Below, piece after piece: positions 61,450-64,000 of a stretch of DNA of 64,000 bases (the stretch's first letter is position 1; each line of letters begins with the position of its first letter). Location of the stretch: the NCBI GenBank assembly GCA_963786955.1, contig CAWBAT010000002.1:64001-128000 (forward strand), written 5' to 3'. The stretch comes from an uncultured Acidimicrobiia bacterium. Its GTDB lineage: Bacteria; Acidobacteriota; Terriglobia; Versatilivoradales; Versatilivoraceae. Position numbers and translations under genes: made by a program. The notes beneath the pieces were generated by a model. It had not been told where the DNA came from and did not search any database. It saw only the letters and a program-made list of their open reading frames with translations.

Positions 61450-62184
61450 CTAATCATTGATAACGTCAAATAGCCGGTCCCTCTGCTCGTACAGATTGGC
61501 CGCCGCTCCCAGGGCGACTTCGTAAGTGTCGCTTTCAAGCGCCGTCACGATGCCTTGGGCGACTGCCTTGGCGCTCATCATGGTGTCGTTTTTGTCGGGC
61601 CGTCGGCGACGGCCGGCCAGCTCGGTAGGAACGATCGGAGGTGCAATCTCGAACACTCGCACTCGGGTGCTGCGGAGCTGGCGCCGCAGCGAAAGGCTCA
61701 ACGAGTGAATCGCGGCCTTTGTCGCGCTGTAGACAGGAACTTGGGCCAGCGGAGTAAACCCGAGGCCTGAGGAAATGTTGACGATTGCCGCCTCGGTCTG
61801 CTTCTCCAGCACTGGGATCAGCAGAGCAGCTAAGTGGATCGGCGCGCGTAGATTCGTTGCGAGTTCCTCATCCGCTTCCGCCAGGTCCCGAGGGCCCTTG
61901 AGAAAGTTTACAGGACGTTGGATGCCGGCGTTGTTGACCAGGATGTTGAGTGAGGGAAGACGCTTCTCTAGCCATTGCAGCAGAGAGGACCTCGAGGCAG
62001 CTCGCGAAACGTCGCAGACTTTCACCTGCAACTGAGGAATGCGCCGCTTAGCAGCCAGTAGTTTGGCCCGACGGCGGCCACAGATGGCTACCGTGTTTCC
62101 CTTCGCGACCAAAGCCTCAGCGAGTGCCCAGCCGATCCCCGTCGCGCCTCCAGTGATCAGAACTGTGTTACCGTATATTTTCAA
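61450..62184 (-). CDS. Short-chain dehydrogenase/reductase (DltE-like)
   Basis: TGGATGIG, NNAGI, SSGL and YSATK. Confidence 0.92.
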   Translation of the reverse strand: MKIYGNTVLITGGATGIGWALAEALVAKGNTVAICGRRRAKLLAAKRRIPQLQVKVCDVSRAASRSSLLQWLEKRLPSLNILVNNAGIQRPVNFLKGPRDLAEADEELATNLRAPIHLAALLIPVLEKQTEAAIVNISSGLGFTPLAQVPVYSATKAAIHSLSLSLRRQLRSTRVRVFEIAPPIVPTELAGRRRRPDKNDTMMSAKAVAQGIVTALESDTYEVALGAAANLYEQRDRLFDVIND

Positions 62185-62469
62185 GAGGGGATCTCCAAAT
62201 GCCAGGATGCTTTACACGGAATAGAAAACGGCACCTGCGATGGCTCCGATCATCCTTGCGTCTTACGTGCATCGGCTGTCCAACATAGTACCACTGAAGG
62301 TTACACCCGTGGCAGTCTCACTCGCAATGACTTGTAAAGATTGTCACATCTGACAGCCTTCTGATATTTTCATGTCCTGAGATAACGAGAGAGCATGCTT
62401 CACACTTTTTCGTCATCACTGAGCGTGAAACGCTACGAAGTTTTCCGGGTAGACAGGAGGATATCACCC

Positions 62470-64000
62470 ATGGTAATCAACACCCTCCCCAGACACTGCA
62501 AACTGCAATCGAGTCCTGTCTTTTCTAGGCGAGAGGTTCTACAAAGTGCTTTGGTAGCTGGTTTTGCTGTCCCGCTATGCCAAGTGCTGGACGCTACCCC
62601 GCAGAGTGGCACTGGTGACAGCTTCAATAGTTCAAAGAGAGTGATCTGGCCGGCGGAAGCCTACCGCCGCTTTGCCGTCGACATTCACGTTCCTGACTGG
62701 GATGAGGCGCTACTCGGTGAATTCGACGGCTCCCAATTTGTGAAAAACATGGCGGAAGCAGGCGCGCAGTCGGTGCTGCAATATACGAACTCGCATGTGG
62801 GACTTTGTTTATGGCAGACGAAAATAGGAAAGATGCACGCCAGTTTAAGAGGTAGAGACTTCTTCGGAGAGGTGGTCAGCGAGTGTCGGCGTCGTGGTAT
62901 TGCGCCTCTGGCGTACTTTAGCGTTATCTTTGACAATTGGGCTTATGAAAACCATCCGGATTGGCGAATCCTGCCAGCGGAAGGATACGGCCCCCAATTG
63001 AAAGGACGTTACGGGGTAGTGTGTCCGAATTCTCCGTATCGAAAGTATGCAGCAGCCTGTGTTGAGGAACTAACGACCCAATACGATCTCGATGGGATCT
63101 TTTGTGATATGACGTTCTGGCCAGGAATTTGCTACTGTCCTCACTGCACTGAACGGTTTCGGCAGGAATCCGGGATGGAACCGCCTCGGGTGGTAAATTG
63201 GAATGACCCACAGTGGCGAAACTTTCAGAAATCACGTCAAAAGTGGCTTTTGGAGTTTGCTCAGCTTCTTACTGATACCGCCAAAAAAAGTCGGCCGACG
63301 ATTACCATCAACCATCAGTTTTCCACCATTTTTCATAATTGGACACTGGGTGTACCTTTAGAACTGGCCAAGACCTGTGACTATGTGGGAGGCGACTTCT
63401 ACGGCGGCCCAAGCCAGCATTCCCTAGCCTGTAAGGTCTATGATGGCCTCTCCCGATCCCATCCTTTTGAGTTTCACACATCACGGACACGGGACCCTCG
63501 AGATCATGTGACAGTCAAGCCTATGGCCGAGCTTCGAACCGAGTCATTTGTGGCCACTCTTCATTCGGCCGCACTGCTGCTCGTGGACTACATCAATGCC
63601 AACGGGACTCTGAATCCGGAAGTCTACAAGTATATGGGGAAGCTGAGTGCAGAGCGGGCTCGTTACGAGCCTTTCTTGGGGGGCGAGCTGCAAGCCGACG
63701 TCGCGATCTACTATGACAAAGAATCGATGTACAACCCAGACGAACAGGGCATTCAGGTTTCTGAATTGAAAGCTGTGGACGACTGTCCTCACCGGGAGGC
63801 CGTTGTCGGTCTAGCAAGGGTCATGAGGGAGGCACACCTTCCGTTTGCAGTCGTCACCAATGCCAACATAGAAACAATCGAACGTTATCGGGCAGTGCTG
63901 CTGCCGAGTGTTCTAGAGATGACTGCAGAGCAGGCAGAAAGGTTCCGTCGTTTCGTTGAGTCTGGCGGAGTTCTGTATGTCAGCGGCTCATCTTCCCTCG
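62470..64000 (+). CDS. GH151/GHL6-like putative alpha-L-fucosidase with beta-galactosidase trimerization domain, Tat-exported; runs off the window and is absent from the ORF track
   Basis: CAGGAGG RBS and ATG at 62470. Translation gives Tat SRREVL, DIHVPDW, MHASLRGRDFFGE, HPDW, CPNSPY, DGIFCDM, CYCPHC, PFEFHTS and RFVESGG. Confidence 0.82.
   Translation, partial: MVINTLPRHCKLQSSPVFSRREVLQSALVAGFAVPLCQVLDATPQSGTGDSFNSSKRVIWPAEAYRRFAVDIHVPDWDEALLGEFDGSQFVKNMAEAGAQSVLQYTNSHVGLCLWQTKIGKMHASLRGRDFFGEVVSECRRRGIAPLAYFSVIFDNWAYENHPDWRILPAEGYGPQLKGRYGVVCPNSPYRKYAAACVEELTTQYDLDGIFCDMTFWPGICYCPHCTERFRQESGMEPPRVVNWNDPQWRNFQKSRQKWLLEFAQLLTDTAKKSRPTITINHQFSTIFHNWTLGVPLELAKTCDYVGGDFYGGPSQHSLACKVYDGLSRSHPFEFHTSRTRDPRDHVTVKPMAELRTESFVATLHSAALLLVDYINANGTLNPEVYKYMGKLSAERARYEPFLGGELQADVAIYYDKESMYNPDEQGIQVSELKAVDDCPHREAVVGLARVMREAHLPFAVVTNANIETIERYRAVLLPSVLEMTAEQAERFRRFVESGGVLYVSGSSSL

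Overview
A 64 kb bacterial chromosomal segment, most likely from Acidobacteriota. The evidence is a fused LptF-LptG, a VWFA-related protein, a wHTH-TM regulator and many Tat-exported sugar enzymes. A dif-like XerCD site at 27218-27245 suggests it lies near the replication terminus. It carries housekeeping genes (pheA, kbl, CIRCE-controlled groESL, ahcY, lptF/G), an RND efflux pair and a two-component pair whose kinase has a degenerate KaiC-like N-terminus. Envelope and glycan loci include an O-antigen-ligase-like protein, a WcaJ-like priming transferase and a YaiO-TPR-sulfatase-like-regulator operon. Carbohydrate genes include GH116, GH42, a GH151-like enzyme, a GMC oxidoreductase pair, a UxuA-like protein and RhaT. 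Intergenic DNA holds several REP-like palindrome families, an IS200/IS605-type Y1 transposase and a two-copy miniature element, one copy of which is inserted in frame with a CTAG duplication. The most unusual observation is a duplicated ~120 nt leader in front of two dissimilar secreted-protein genes, divergent from a membrane-anchored wHTH regulator. The leader combines a TACCGCA/TGCGGTA stem with a putative leader peptide (FYRTP...PKYLAV...GGG) whose stop overlaps the next ATG. Several genes lack a single base at short homopolymer runs, so some apparent pseudogenes may be assembly errors. All family calls come from motif recognition by eye; no database searches were run.
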